Positions 28,185 to 40,401 of a stretch of 64,000 nucleotides of DNA are shown piece by piece; within the stretch, counting starts at the first letter, position 1, and each line of letters starts with the position of its first letter. Source of the DNA: Octopus vulgaris (Eukaryota); the NCBI GenBank assembly GCA_951406725.2, contig OX597817.1:107508001-107572000 (forward strand). Direction: 5' to 3'. The notes beneath the pieces were generated by a model. It had not been told where the DNA came from. It saw nothing but the letters and a program-made list of their open reading frames with translations, and searched no databases. The translations under genes and the position numbers were made by a program.

Positions 28185-28950
28185 AAGTTCCTGCCATCCA
28201 GCCACAGTGTTCAGGGACCTGGTTAATGGCGTCAGCATGATAATTGCCAGCTTATCTTCAAGGAAAGAAATCTTTGATGCTGCCGCCCCGTACTACAACC
28301 AGGCTCTGGCTGCCAGCGGTCTCAAGGATAGTATTAGTTACATGCCAGACCCTAGCCCACCCCCACAAGAGAAGGTGCCACTGGAAAGTGTGGTTCACGC
28401 CGCCCTTCTCTTTAAACGTTAAGATTAGAGTAGGTAAGATATTTCTTAGTTTTGCTGATAAACACTTCCCCCGTACTAATAGATTCAACAAATTATTTAA
28501 TAGACATATCCTGAGATTATCCTTTTGCTGTGCACCTAGTGTAAAAAAAGATTTTAGTTGGTAGGCCTACCCGAGGTAGAGGCAGGATGCTCATGCAGCG
28601 GTAACACAACTTGTCTGTTGAACAGCCATTGTAACTCGGAGACAGTTGTATACGAAGCAGAGGTAACAGCCATAGGACCAAACGGGCAACCGAGCGTGCG
28701 GAAGTATGCAGGGGAAAAGGAAGGCCCCCCACTTCAGAACCCGCTTTAACAACCACGGGTCCTCCTTCAACATTCCGGAGAGACGTAACGCCACAACCCT
28801 AGCCAAGCACATTTGAAAGAAAGCGCCACAGAATACAGCATAAAATGGAAGATCCTGGAGAAATGCAAACAGTACTTCAATAGCAGCAGAAAGTGCAGGT
28901 TGTACCTGGCTGAGAAGAGAGCAATTTTAAAAAGTATCCACACTGCATGC
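28185..28950 (+). pseudogene. Penelope-like RT C-terminus, Cys-rich linker and GIY-YIG endonuclease (frameshifted)
   Basis: SSCHPATVFRDL..SLSSRKEIFDAAAPYYNQALAASG; WFTPPFSLNVKIRVGKIFLSFADKHFP..KLFNRH..LSFCCAPS; CSCSGNTTCLLNSHCNSETVVYEAEV..KYAG; RFNNHGSSF..TTLAKHI; KWKILEKC..KCRLYLAEK. Confidence 0.9.
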
Positions 28951-29291
28951 TAACATAAAACACCCCACGACCTTAACCAATGCAGAAAGAAAATAGACCA
29001 ACGAACACAACTATATACCTACACCTCTGGAAAAATTATGCATATGACACCACTACACATATCTCACACCCCATCCCTACAGGAACAACAAACTTAATAA
29101 TGCACACTTTCCCCACAAACGCTTCAAGATAACTCTTGCCGGCCTTACAGCGTACCCAACGAAGGGATATAACTCCTAATCTTATCCCCTGGCCCTTTTT
29201 CGTTTCACCACCCTTTTTCACAGCAGAAGCAAACCAGATGTGTTAATCCACTTCCGACAATAGAGAGCAGTTGCCATACCCCATTCCATAT

Positions 29292-29385
29292 CGGTTAACT
29301 CTGATGAGCGTAAGGTTATATAATCGAATTGTTACCTAACACTCCATTATATTCCTTGCGCGAAACCGATTGGTAAGATCAGCCG
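29292..29385 (+). ncRNA. Type I hammerhead ribozyme in the Penelope 3' pseudo-LTR
   Basis: CGGTTAACT-CTGATGA (29301-29307)-GCGTAAGG..CCTTGCGC-GAAA-CC GATT GG-TA-AGATCAGCCG; intact core, 8-bp stem II, GUA site. Confidence 0.85.
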
Positions 29386-29420
29386 TAATGTATATATATG
29401 ATAGTGTACATTTTGGATAA

Positions 29421-29502
<82 letters not shown>

Positions 29503-29506
29503 CCTA

Positions 29507-30381
29507 TATAGAAGGTTGGAATAATGCATATAATGTTCCAGTAAGGGAAAAGAGAAAGATACAACCGAACAGAATGTTCAAGAGAAAGGTTTTATTGATA
29601 TGTTAACTTGTGTGTGCGTCAATGTATTCAGAATAGTAGACAGGCCATCATGAGAACAAAGAGTATGTGTGTATAGACATGGATGTACGCGTATGCGTTA
29701 ACTATATGTAAGAGCAACAATGAAGAGAACAGTGAGAGAGTCTATAATGAGAAGTTCGACAAATGTTCATAGACACAAGAGTGAAAAATATCAGTTCGTA
29801 GTCAATTGTACGCGGTAGTTGAAATATTGTATCAAGAAGTTGCGGCGATGATGCAGAGCCGGTTGCCGTACATGTCTTACGTGAAGTTGTGGCTGTAATA
29901 CTGCTGCCAGGGTCACTTGCACAGGAGTTCTCGCAGGTTGTACATTCGCTGTTAACCATGGTGAAGTGCTGTATTGAAACCTGTGTTAGTTGCTGGTTGG
30001 TGTGTATGTAGAAATGATGGTGACGACGTTAACAAGATGATGGCGGCGACAAAGAAAGAGGTTGCCGTAATGCTGTTGGGCGCGTCGTCTGGTATTGTCG
30101 CAGGAACTGGCTGTGTCTTGTGTGGTCAGTAGCTAGACCTTAAATGGTCTGGAACCAAAGACTGCGAGACGAGGAGAAGATGAGCTTTTATAATGAACAG
30201 TAGGCTCAGCGGGGTTGAAAAAAAGGTTGTCTCACGTGATCTTTTTTAGGGGCTCCGATTGGTTATACGCTGCAGATTGGCGCGGCAGAGTAAGAGACGT
30301 ATTGTGCCAAAACTAACCAATCAGAGTAGTGGATACAACGGTGTCCAAACAGCGCCCAAAGGCTAGCTGTTATCTGCTACG
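29507..30381 (-). mobile_element. Probable solo LTR
   Basis: On - strand: CCAAT boxes (30258, 30276), CACGTG (30233), TATAAAA (30186-30192), AATAAA (29591-29596); near-TGTAG/CTACA ends (TATAG..CTACG); CpG-rich with no credible ORF. Confidence 0.5.
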
Positions 30382-30597
30382 TTCGAATGTAAGTATATAT
30401 AATAAAAAGGAGTGTACGCCACAGGGGTACGAGCCTCAACACGTATTTTTAAGCATATGGTGTAAAGACATATATGAGTATACATGTATACGCAAGTGTG
30501 TATTTGTGTGTACTGTATATAAGTGTGTGTGTGTGCGCTCACGCGTACTGAATATACATTTATATATACACAACGCGCGCGCACACACAAACATGCA

Positions 30598-30631
<34 letters not shown>

Positions 30632-30633
30632 CA

Positions 30634-30669
<36 letters not shown>

Positions 30670-31115
30670 TACATACATATATACATACATATATACACAT
30701 GTATACACACATACACGTCTTTACGCTATACGCTTTAAAAATCCGTGTTGATGTTCATGCCCCATAATGTAGCAGATGAACAAATAGAGTCGATAAAATG
30801 TATATCAGACTCAAAGAGAATTACTGGGGTCCATATTATTGACTAAACCCTTAAAGATGATGCCCCAGCTGCCGTACGCTTCGAATGATGCTTTTTTATA
30901 GGGTCGGCCGGCACTTTGTTTATGAGGTATTTTGTAGCAATCTTCTGATCTTGGATCGCAAGCGCATAGCTTTCGAAATGTGATATAATGCACAGGTTTG
31001 GAGCTTAGGTATTGATTTTTCACTTTTGACAATGAAATACGAACACATTTTTTGGCCAAATTTTGTTATGCCAGTTGAAAATATCATCAATTCCAGCTTT
31101 TCTTTGCTTCTTTTT

Positions 31116-31168
<53 letters not shown>

Positions 31169-31423
31169 ATTCCTTTCTTTCATTCTTCTTTCCTTCTTCT
31201 CTTCTCCCTCCCTGCCTTCCTTCTTTCTTTCGTTCGTTCTTTTGGCATTGTAAGCATAGATGTTCAGCTCATCTCTTGTCCACAAAGAAATTATTTGTTA
31301 TATTAGTATCTCTAACAGTTGTTGACCCTAGCACGTAGCCATTAGATTTTTGTGAAAGAAATAATAAATGGATTTAATGCCAGAATAAACAGAATTACAA
31401 AAAGATTGTCTCATTGGAATATT

Positions 31424-31785
31424 CCTTTCTATTCTAGCCACAAAGCCCGACATTTTGGGAGAGGGGGCCAGTCGATTAGATCGACCCCAGTACATAACTG
31501 GTACTTAATAGATAAAAGGCAAAGTCAACCTCGGCGGAATTTGAACTCAGAACGTAACGGCAGACGAAATACCTATTTCTTTACTGCCCACAAGGGACTA
31601 AACACAGAGAGGACAAACAAGGACAGACAAACGGATTAAGTCGATTATATCGACCCCAGTGCGTAACTGGTACTTATTTAATCGACCCCGAAAGGATGAA
31701 AGGCAAAGTCGACCTCGGTGGAATTTAAACTCAAAACGTAACGGCTGACGAAATATCGCTAAGCATTTCGCCCGGCGTGCTAATA
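31424..31785 (-). mobile_element. SINE family B heterodimer within one 15-bp TSD
   Basis: TSD TCTCATTGGAATATT at 31409-31423 and 31786-31800; two bodies with different tails. Confidence 0.9.
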
Positions 31786-31809
31786 TCTCATTGGAATATT
31801 TTTTTTGAA

Positions 31810-32022
31810 ACATTTGTGGCTTCGGAGACGATCATTTTGTGTTCGGTTGTAAGTGTAAGGATTGCCGAGGTCTTTCTGGCCTCTCAGTGTCGGTTCTTTT
31901 GCCAAATGCAGAGACCACAACAAGCATGTGTGACGAATAGAGTCGAATGCTTTCCAATTATCAAGCCATATTACACAAGGCTTCTGCGATGTTTTCTCCG
32001 TACAACACGCTTTGGTTATCAA
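31810..32022 (-). pseudogene. Non-LTR retrotransposon RT fragment
   Basis: CVIWLDNWKAFDSIRHTCLL (RT motif of the WxDxxKAFDSxxH type). Confidence 0.7.
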
Positions 32023-32658
32023 AGCGTACTAGTGTGTGCGTGCATGTGTGTGTTGCAGACGTTTTGTGTGTACATACATATATACTCGCACATGTGTGTG
32101 TAAGCGGTGTATGTGTGTGAGAGGGAGAGGGGGAAAGACAAAACTGAGTTTTGATGGACCTATATCTGGTGGTGAACTCCGCAGTTTTGTTTGTTTCTTT
32201 GGTCTTTGTTGCTGTTGTTTAGTCCCAAACCAGCTCTGATTGAAAGCATTCCAGCCATAACCAGTCCATCTTCTTGTCGAGGTACAGTGAATGCAGCACC
32301 ACATTATCCATTATCTCTTTTTTATTCTTTTCTAAAACAGTAAAACGTGATTTAAGAAAAAGTTGGCTCTGATTTCAAGCAGCTCTAGCTTCCACAAAGG
32401 GGCTCCAGCACTGACTTGTTCTATCTGGTAGTAGATATTATATGACTATTAGTGTGCATGTTCAGTGCCTCCATGTTGATTTGCATACCATTGTTTTATA
32501 ATTGATTGATGGACTTTTTCCTGGGTAAGTATGAATTTATCGGGTAGTTTTTTTTCTGTGTGAGTATTTGGTAAAACTGCTGTTGTTTTATACAAGGTTA
32601 ACCGCAATCAACCAGACCTGCGATAAAAAGCATTCCAGTAGAGACAACATCTTTTATT

Positions 32659-33097
32659 GGTAAATTTTTTGAATAACACCCACACGATTTTCACTAAGAA
32701 AAAAAAAAACTCGGATTTTTGGCGTGGAATCAAGTACCCTGACCTCTTAATATGCTGCAAATCTCTTATTTTCGTTCGGAAAAAGTGGGGTGCGAGGTGG
32801 GGACTACCCCCCCCCCCCGTCCCGGAATTTTTTTTTTTTTTTCGTTGAATCAATTCCTGTGACCTTCTAATATGCTGCAAAACCCTTTTGGGGATACGAA
32901 AAACGGGGTGGGTAAGGTGAAAACCTCGGAAATTTCAACCCCCTCCCCACCCATTGATCTTTTCACCAGCACGATTTTCACTAAGGAAAAATAAACAGAA
33001 ACTCGGATTTTTTTAGTGGAATCAAGTACCCTGATCTTCTAATATGCTGCAAATCCCATATTTTGGTTCGGGAGGGGCATTACTCAAAAACTTTACC
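32659..33097. mobile_element. MITE-like element with internal direct repeats
   Basis: TIRs GGTAAATTTTTTGAATAACACCC / GGGCATTACTCAAAAACTTTACC; three copies of GAATCAA..TGA..TAATATGCTGCAAA and two of CACGATTTTCACTAAG. Confidence 0.7.
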
Positions 33098-33882
33098 CTG
33101 TTATTTAGGTACAATGATGGTGCTTGGGTAATCAACGACTTGGCCAGCCTTACAATGCGCGCTCTCGTCTCCCAGTTGAAATTCTTTGATAAATGCAACC
33201 AAAAGCAACAGCTTGTTACATTTGTTCAATTGTTTCATACTGAACTATTTATAGTTTGACAACTGACATTGTATCATTGTATCAATTGCTCAGCTGATGA
33301 TTATTCAATTTTCTGCTACTACTAAAGCATTGTTCCGGGAGTGACTTCACCTGCTCTCTTTATCACGGAGTTTAGGTGTTTTTCATTGGATTAAGAAATG
33401 TTGTCCAAGTTATTGAAAATTTGAGTCATAACCCCTGAATTTATCTCCCTAGGCGGTCTCCTGGTGTGTTTAATGCGCTGCATTAGCCCTGTTAAGACTA
33501 CATTATCCAGTGTAACTATCATTAAAATAAGTTACGATTTGAGGGAAAGTGGGCTATGACTCGTCTTCAGGTACACAAAAAATTTCAGGGTAATTTTTCG
33601 TTAGGCGTGCCATTCAAAAAGTCACCCGAATAGTAGTTTGCTCACAACTGGTATAGAGCTTGCGTGGGAATCTTGTTTGTACCAGAGTTTGAATTTGAAA
33701 CAGATCTGTGCTGAGAAAAATACAATTTTATGAGGCATGTAATTGGATATTGTGTCAATGTTTGCTAAGATTCATGCATTTATTTAACCACAGATGAGCC
33801 CTAGTCAGAGCAGACCTATGATGCGTGTGTGGTGTGTGTGTGTATAGGGCAAGAAAGAGAGAGGGAGATAGGTAGATCGATC

Positions 33883-33970
<88 letters not shown>

Positions 33971-34022
33971 TTATGGCCTCCGTTTAAAGACAAGTGTACA
34001 TTGATGAGTAAATATTATTTCT

Positions 34023-34410
34023 CGGATCTTTTCGGTTTGACCGGCAGTTTTTTCTAGCGGTGTCATATGAAATTGTCACCCATAATTATGACCCTAGTAT
34101 CGATCTATTGCATTTCAATCTGTTTTAGAGTTAGGGTTAGTTAGGGTTAGGGGTGGGGGGAAGGGTATTTTTTTTTCTTCAGAAATGTAAATAAACCCAA
34201 CCTGTTTCTTAAACGAGGGACATATTCATACGGCACAGAATGTTTTCACCTCAATAGACGTCATTGATTGGTTGAAATTGCAGAAATTGAAGAAAATAAA
34301 CAACAAATATCTTACAAACCATAGAATTTTCTCAATAAAGCCAAGAGAAATAGATGTTTTATAAACACATTCTACCAGTATACGAAGTTTAAAAGTGTTT
34401 AGTTACGTGC
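34023..34410. mobile_element. Interspersed repeat carrying telomere-like TTAGGG units
   Basis: TTAGAGTTAGGGTTAGTTAGGGTTAGGG at 34125-34152 followed by G-runs; begins CGGATCTTTTCGGTTTGACCGGCAGTTTTT. Confidence 0.5.
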
Positions 34411-34496
34411 ATAAATAAAAAGTGATTATTAAACTATTTTAAACGATGTAAGTTTATGCACGAACATCGTACAATTATTGTTTGTTATTAATAAAC

Positions 34497-34873
34497 TTTA
34501 TCGAGCTTTTAGCCCACTAATTTAATATAATGTTCGGTCATCCTTTGATAGCTGTAGCAATTAATCCAGTGAGGAACAACAACTCGTATGAGTTTTCAAA
34601 GACTTCATGTACATGGAGTATTTATTCCGATCCGGAATGAGAGGATTTTACACAGCTTGTATATTAACATTCAACAAAATAGAATGGAAGTTGAATAGGA
34701 AAAGGTTTTTGTCTTGCTGCCTTCCATGAATGGTATAGAGGATTTAACAAAATTCAAATCAACGCGGGGTTTTCCCGTAGCAGGAACAGAGATGTAAAAG
34801 GCGTAGTTAGCTGCAGGCCACGTGGGAGAGGAGAAGAGGATGTTACTTGGCTGTGCGAGTCTTTTTATGAGCG
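34497..34873 (-). repeat. 3' LTR (U3 start and PPT deleted)
   Basis: About 13 substitutions and one 3-bp indel versus 38562-38936 (about 96% identity, hand count). Confidence 0.9.
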
Positions 34874-34949
34874 AAGATGCATGTAGTTGAGCTGGTGGTG
34901 GATGTGGTGGTGCAGTATTTTCCTGTTGTAAAGTGTAGGATGGGAGAGT

Positions 34950-37443
34950 ATGAGGTTCTGGTGTCAGAGCGCCTGTATTGGCCTGTTTAAGTCTGTCAAT
35001 CGAGACTGTTTCTCGGGAACCATTTAAGTCTATGGTGAAATGTTTAGCATTGCATGCCAACACGCGATAAGGTCCCGAGTAAGAGGGAGTGAGGGGACCT
35101 CTCACTGCATCCTTACGTACAAAAACGTGAATCCACAAGGCAATATCCTCGGGGACTGCCGAGTGTTCATTGGTTGAAGCTCCTGAAGGTAAGCACACAG
35201 GTAGTTAACATAAAGGGCGGGATCTTGAGTAATAAGATCAGCTGGGGTGAGCATCTGCCCTGGTAAGGACAACGGGGCACCAAAAAGCAGCTCAGCTGGA
35301 GGGAAATCAAGATCCTCCTTAACTGATGTTCGGATACCGAGGAGAACAATAGGAAGATACTTGGTCCAATGCTGGGTGTCAAGAGAGACTCATAAAGCAG
35401 CTTTCAGCTGACGGTGGAATCGTTCCACCATACCGTTCGAGGCTGGATGATAGCTGGTTGTCCTAATCCATTGAGCCCCGATGATTTTTGCCAACTCGGA
35501 AAAGAGATGTGACTCGAAATGCCTGCCGTGGTCTGTAGTGATAGTGGTGGGAACACCATAGCGTGATATCCATCCTGATATTAGAGCTCGCACTACGGAT
35601 TCAGCGGTGACATCTGTTTACGGAATCGCTTCAGGCTATCGTCTGAAGCGATCAATACAAGCCAAGATATATGTGAATCCTTGACTGATAGGCCATGGTC
35701 CCACAATATCCATATGCACGTGAGAGAAACGGGCGTCAGAGGAGTTAAAAGTACCGAGAGGTACCCGGATATGCTTGTGCACTTCAGACTTTTGGCATTG
35801 AAGACAGGCGCGAGACCATTTGGTAGCATCCCATCTCATGTTTAGCCAGAAAAATCCAGCCGTAATGAGTTTTACTGAGGCCGCGATGCCAGGATGAGAC
35901 AGATTATGCAAAACATCGAAGACAACCCTGCGGTGCTTCTCCGGAACGAAGGGGCGAAGTGACTCCGTTGAAGGCTTTGCACCATAAACAGGGTGCGCTA
36001 ATAGTGAGGTTTATGCAAGTTCACGCTTTACCGTTTGAAAGGCATCTATTTGGCAAGGTGAAAGTGAAATAGCTTCATGTTTGCGCTTACTATCCTTTAA
36101 AAGTTCAGAAAGAGGAGCAAGGTGTTCTGAACAGTGAGGGATAAATCGTCTATAAAAGTTCAATAATCCCAGGAAATGACGAAGTTGCCGGAGTGAGGTA
36201 GGAGGAGGAAGTTCTTGGATAGCACGGACTTTTTCAGGAAGAGGCCTAATATCCACTTTATTGATGAAGTGGCCCAGGAAAACAAGTCAATAGGATCCAA
36301 AAACACATTTAGCTGGATGTATTCTAACTCTGAATTGGGTCAGGCACTGGAAAAGCAGCTTTAAATGTTGTATGTGCTAGAACTGGCAATCAACAGATTA
36401 TCGATATAAGCATAGACGAAGTCCAGCCCACGAATGACCTCATCTATAAAGTGCTGGAATGTACTGGCAGCATTCCGCAGCCCAGACGGCATTGTCAGAA
36501 ATTCAAAAGTGCCAAACAGTGTTGTCACGGCAGTTTTAGGAATGTCTTCTCGATGCACAGGAATCTGATGATATGACCGAACCAGATCAAGCTTAGAGAA
36601 CACTGTAAACCCCTGCAAGGATGAAGCAAAGTCCTGCAGATGGGAGATTGGATAACGATCGAGGACAGTCATAGCATTTAGGCGTTGGAAATCTCCAGTA
36701 GAGCACCAATTGCCTGATCCTTTTGGGACCATGTGCAACGGTGAGGCCCATTGGCTGGTGGAGGGGCGGATAATTTCTAGCTCAAGCATGTGTTCAAACT
36801 CTACATTGGCTGCCTTAAGTTTATCTGGGGGTAGGCAACATGGCCGAGAAAAAACAGGAGGCCCGGTTGTAGCAATAAAATGCCTTGTCGAGTGGGCAGG
36901 GTTATCCACTTGGACGTTTAGCTTGGTCAGTTCCGGGAAAGAGGTCAAAATAGCTTGATAGGGATCACCAGCTGTGGCTTTGAAGAAAACTGGGCTGGCT
37001 GCAGGAGTATTCGATATTCGCCCAGGAATATGGAGGTCAGTGGTGCAGTCTACCAGTCTCTGCTTACGAATATCAACCACGAAGGAAAAGTGATGGAGAA
37101 AATCTGTGCCTAGGATTGGATAGGGTAGATCAGCGATGATAAAAATCCACTTGAAGTCCCGTTGAAGGGCCAAATCGAGGGAAAGAGAGACCTGACTATA
37201 TGTTGAAATGGGTGAGTGGTTGACAGCTTGAAGGGTAACATCCGATAGAGGAGGTTTGTCCTTGATGAATTTCAGCGGCCAAATACTACAAGCCGCACCA
37301 GAATCTACCAGGAAAAATTCGCGCGATGAACGATCTTTAACGAAAAATGCACGGATCTGGGGATATGTATTGGGAGCAGCCACCGTGCTTAGCATCCTGT
37401 AGTAGTGTTTCCCTGGCTCAAATAAGAGCATGGTTGAATGCAC
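34950..37443 (-). pseudogene. Gypsy pol: protease, RT, integrase; RNase H missing
   Basis: [10 protein letters not shown]; [14 protein letters not shown]; [11 protein letters not shown]; RHFLGLLNFYRRFIP; HNLSHPG..CLQC; HVHMDIVGP; TTDHGRHFES; SNGMVERFHRQLK; YSGPYRVL. Confidence 0.92.
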
Positions 37444-38184
37444 TTCCTAGCATTCTGGCCAAAACGACAATGATACCAGCATAAGTCTGACGAGGGTGCA
37501 GGAGGAAAGGCACATCGCATGGGGAAGAGTGACTGGCTGAACGTTCGCTGTCGTGGCGAATTCTGAGAGGCACATAAGTTCTTCACCTGCTCGGTAAGTT
37601 CCCTAATAGCCTGCAGTGTCCACCTGAGTGGAATCAGGCTGCTGAAATGAAGCTACGACTGTTGAGGGAGAAGGAGAAACAGCAGCCAATTTGTTGTCTA
37701 CAGTTCTATTTCCAGTGTACTCCAAAATTCTATCAGCAGACAAGGCCAACTGGTCGATGGGAGTGACGTCCATGCTAGGGGTGAGAATCCCCTGCACGTG
37801 CGAAGGCAAACAGGAGAAGAAAAGCTGTTTTAGCAAGGAACTGTCTTTGGAAGAATCCTCGGTGAGCTCTCTCATTCTGCACAGCAGTTGAGTAGGCGTC
37901 CTGCCATCCAAATATTCATCACAAATTAGTGTGCAGAAACGCTTACTCTCGGGTATGGCCATCCTGTAAATTATCTCACTCTTGAAGGATGGATATGTGG
38001 CATCTTTAGTGGTGTCAATAATGATGTCCTTGAGACTATTCGCTAGTGATGGAGGGATGGAACTCAGTAGAATATGCAGTTGCTGCCACTTGGATGAAAT
38101 GTCACTCGCCGTGAAGTACAAGTCCAACTGGGAAAACCAGAGCCGCACATCACCACTAAAGGCTGGTAACAGTGAATGGCTCAT
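37389..38184 (-). pseudogene. Gypsy gag
   Basis: LPAFSGDVRLWFSQLDLYF..LDGRTPTQLLCRMREL..LKQLFFSCLPSHVQGIL..LALSADRILE; C-terminal [18 protein letters not shown]. Confidence 0.88.
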
Positions 38185-38545
38185 TGTGATTGAAGTCGAA
38201 ATTGACAGAAACAAACAGGCGCCGTCCGACAAAATCTTTGTGAGTCGTAGTTTCACTCCAAATTTGTATATTAGAACCTACAAGATGAAATTGAAGAATG
38301 TTGAGCAATGGCAGTGAGGGGGCAAAATCCAGGTGAAAACGAGGCAAAGCATTAGGATGCATGCGAGAGGCACATGGTCAAGCAATGGAGACAAAACCTA
38401 TCCACCATGTAAACAACAGAATCATCACGCACGTGGGTGTCGAAAAGGAGAACGAGCTATTTAAAATACCTTTTTTTTTGCTTTAATGTGTATCTCCTGC
38501 TATTTTTTTTTTTGTTTAAGGAAACTATCTGGCAGATAGTTTCTG

Positions 38546-38561
38546 ACGTTGGGGTCACCTC
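38546..38561 (-). other. Primer-binding-site-like sequence
   Basis: Reverse complement AGGTGACCCCAACGTC (TGGTGACCCC type) immediately 3' of the 5' LTR. Confidence 0.7.
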
Positions 38562-39019
38562 TTTAGCGAGCTTTTAGCCCACTAATTTAATATAATGTTC
38601 GGTCATCCTTTGATAGCTGTTGGAATTAATCCAGTGAGGAACAACAACAACTCATATGAGTTTTCAAAGACTTCATGTACATGGAGTATTTATTCCGATC
38701 CAGAATGAGAGCATTTTACACAGCTTGTATATTAACATTCAACAAAACAGAATGGAAGTTGAATAAGAAAAGGTTTTTGTCTTGCCGCCTTCCATGAATT
38801 GTATAGAGGATTTAACAAAATTCAAATCAACGCGGGGTTTTCCCGTAGCAGGAACAGAGATGTAGAAGACGTAGTTAGCTGCAGGCCATGTGGGAGAGGA
38901 GAAGAGGATGTTACTTGGCTGTGCGAGTCTTTTTATATCTATCTAATGAGCGCCACCTAGTTGTTAACGATGTGAGAAGTGAGATAACTCTAGATGGCTC
39001 TCATTAAAACATGACAACA
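38562..39019 (-). repeat. 5' LTR
   Basis: Starts TGTTGTCATG on - strand (outer boundary inferred); contains TATAAAAAG and AATAAA. Confidence 0.8.
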
Positions 39020-40175
39020 CTGGATTCAGATAAGGTTGCCTACAAGACCACAAAAATGAACGCCACTTAATTTTAGAGCATTTAAACATATTTTAATTCA
39101 AATAAAAATATTGTAATCGATATCATAAACTGTGAGACAAATTCTTAATAAGTATTTGATTGTGTCCAAGGTGAGATTTAGACTTAATGGGATTCCTAGA
39201 CCAATAGGTTGTGGGGGTGGCTATGATTTTGGTAATTCATAGAGTTGTGGCAAGTAGCCATTTTTTAAAAAAGGCGCCAATTTGTGGTAGCTGGCAATAT
39301 GATGTAATGTCGTATTGCCAAAGAAATATTATTGTCGTTTTTCCATTGGTTAATATAACTGCTCATATAAGAATACTAAGAGTTACTTGAAGAATATATG
39401 TATGTAATTTCGATTCTTTTAAGTTAAGTTGAGCAGTTATAAAAACCCTGGATTTTGGGAAAAACGTCAGTGTTTGTTGGATGTAACTTAAACTCCACGA
39501 CACTCACTCCTTTGAGACATTGGTGATTTTTTATGCCATATCCAAGGAAAATCCAACAAGTCTATTTTGAATTGTTGAGATTCAATATTAGTTAGATTAA
39601 AGAATTAGATAGTAAAATATATAGTCATAATTCTCTATGACAAAATTTACCTTTCTTTCACCTGTATATAATATAAAATGCTATGTGTATATAATAAGGA
39701 TTAATTAAGAAAATGTTTTCTCTTTATTCACGTTCTTCAACTATGTATAAATATGTATTTCTGTAATTATTAAATTGTATTTTCTTATAGCGGTTAATGT
39801 TCGTTAGTGTTCCAGAAAGTATATTTTTCTATGACGTTTATATAACTGTAGTTCGGACTGCGTATAATGATAACACTTAAGTTATAAGTGACGGTTCTAT
39901 CATTATACATCCTTACTTTAAATAGGAAACATAATAAGTAGCGTTGCATTGACTGTAAACAAAACTAACTGGGAAATAAATGCTATAATATATAACACAA
40001 GAAAAGCATGGTTGCTTAATACCGCTATAGAGTGTTCCATTAAATCTAGAGGTTCCAAAAAGTTTCAAGAGGCCCTTAAACTTAAAAGGGTGTCTGTAGA
40101 TTGAGAGAGAATCAGTTAAATTTAATGGCTTTTTAAAACTAAAAAGACCCAATAAATCAAAAGGGCTCAGTAATT

Positions 40176-40401
40176 TTAACCCTTTAGCATTTAAACCTGT
40201 CACCCAGCCCAAATTTTCTACCTACTTTATGCTCAAATCGGCCAGTTCTAGTCCCTCACATCTATCCTACAGTGTCAGTCTAAAGATATACAATCATACC
40301 ATCAAAGTCTTGAAGCTGCAAGATAATGCATGATTAATTCAAAACAATGTGAATAAATAAGCATTACATTTGATAGTGTAATCTGAATGCTAAAGAATTA
40401 A
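40176..40401. mobile_element. piggyBac-like MITE (TTAA-flanked)
   Basis: TTAACCCTTTAGCATT..AATGCTAAAGAATTAA; homologs at 42896-43469 and 51770-51982. Confidence 0.75.

Larger units (their letters stand above)
28025..29421 (+). mobile_element. 5'-truncated Penelope-like element with inverted pseudo-LTRs
   Basis: 28025-28155 is the reverse complement of 29291-29421 (about 88% identical by hand); it flanks RT-thumb and GIY-YIG coding remnants. Confidence 0.9.
34497..39019 (-). mobile_element. Ty3/Gypsy LTR retrotransposon, defective
   Basis: Two LTRs, PBS-like site, and gag, PR, RT, IN in Gypsy order; many stops and frameshifts; no TSD identified. Confidence 0.95.
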
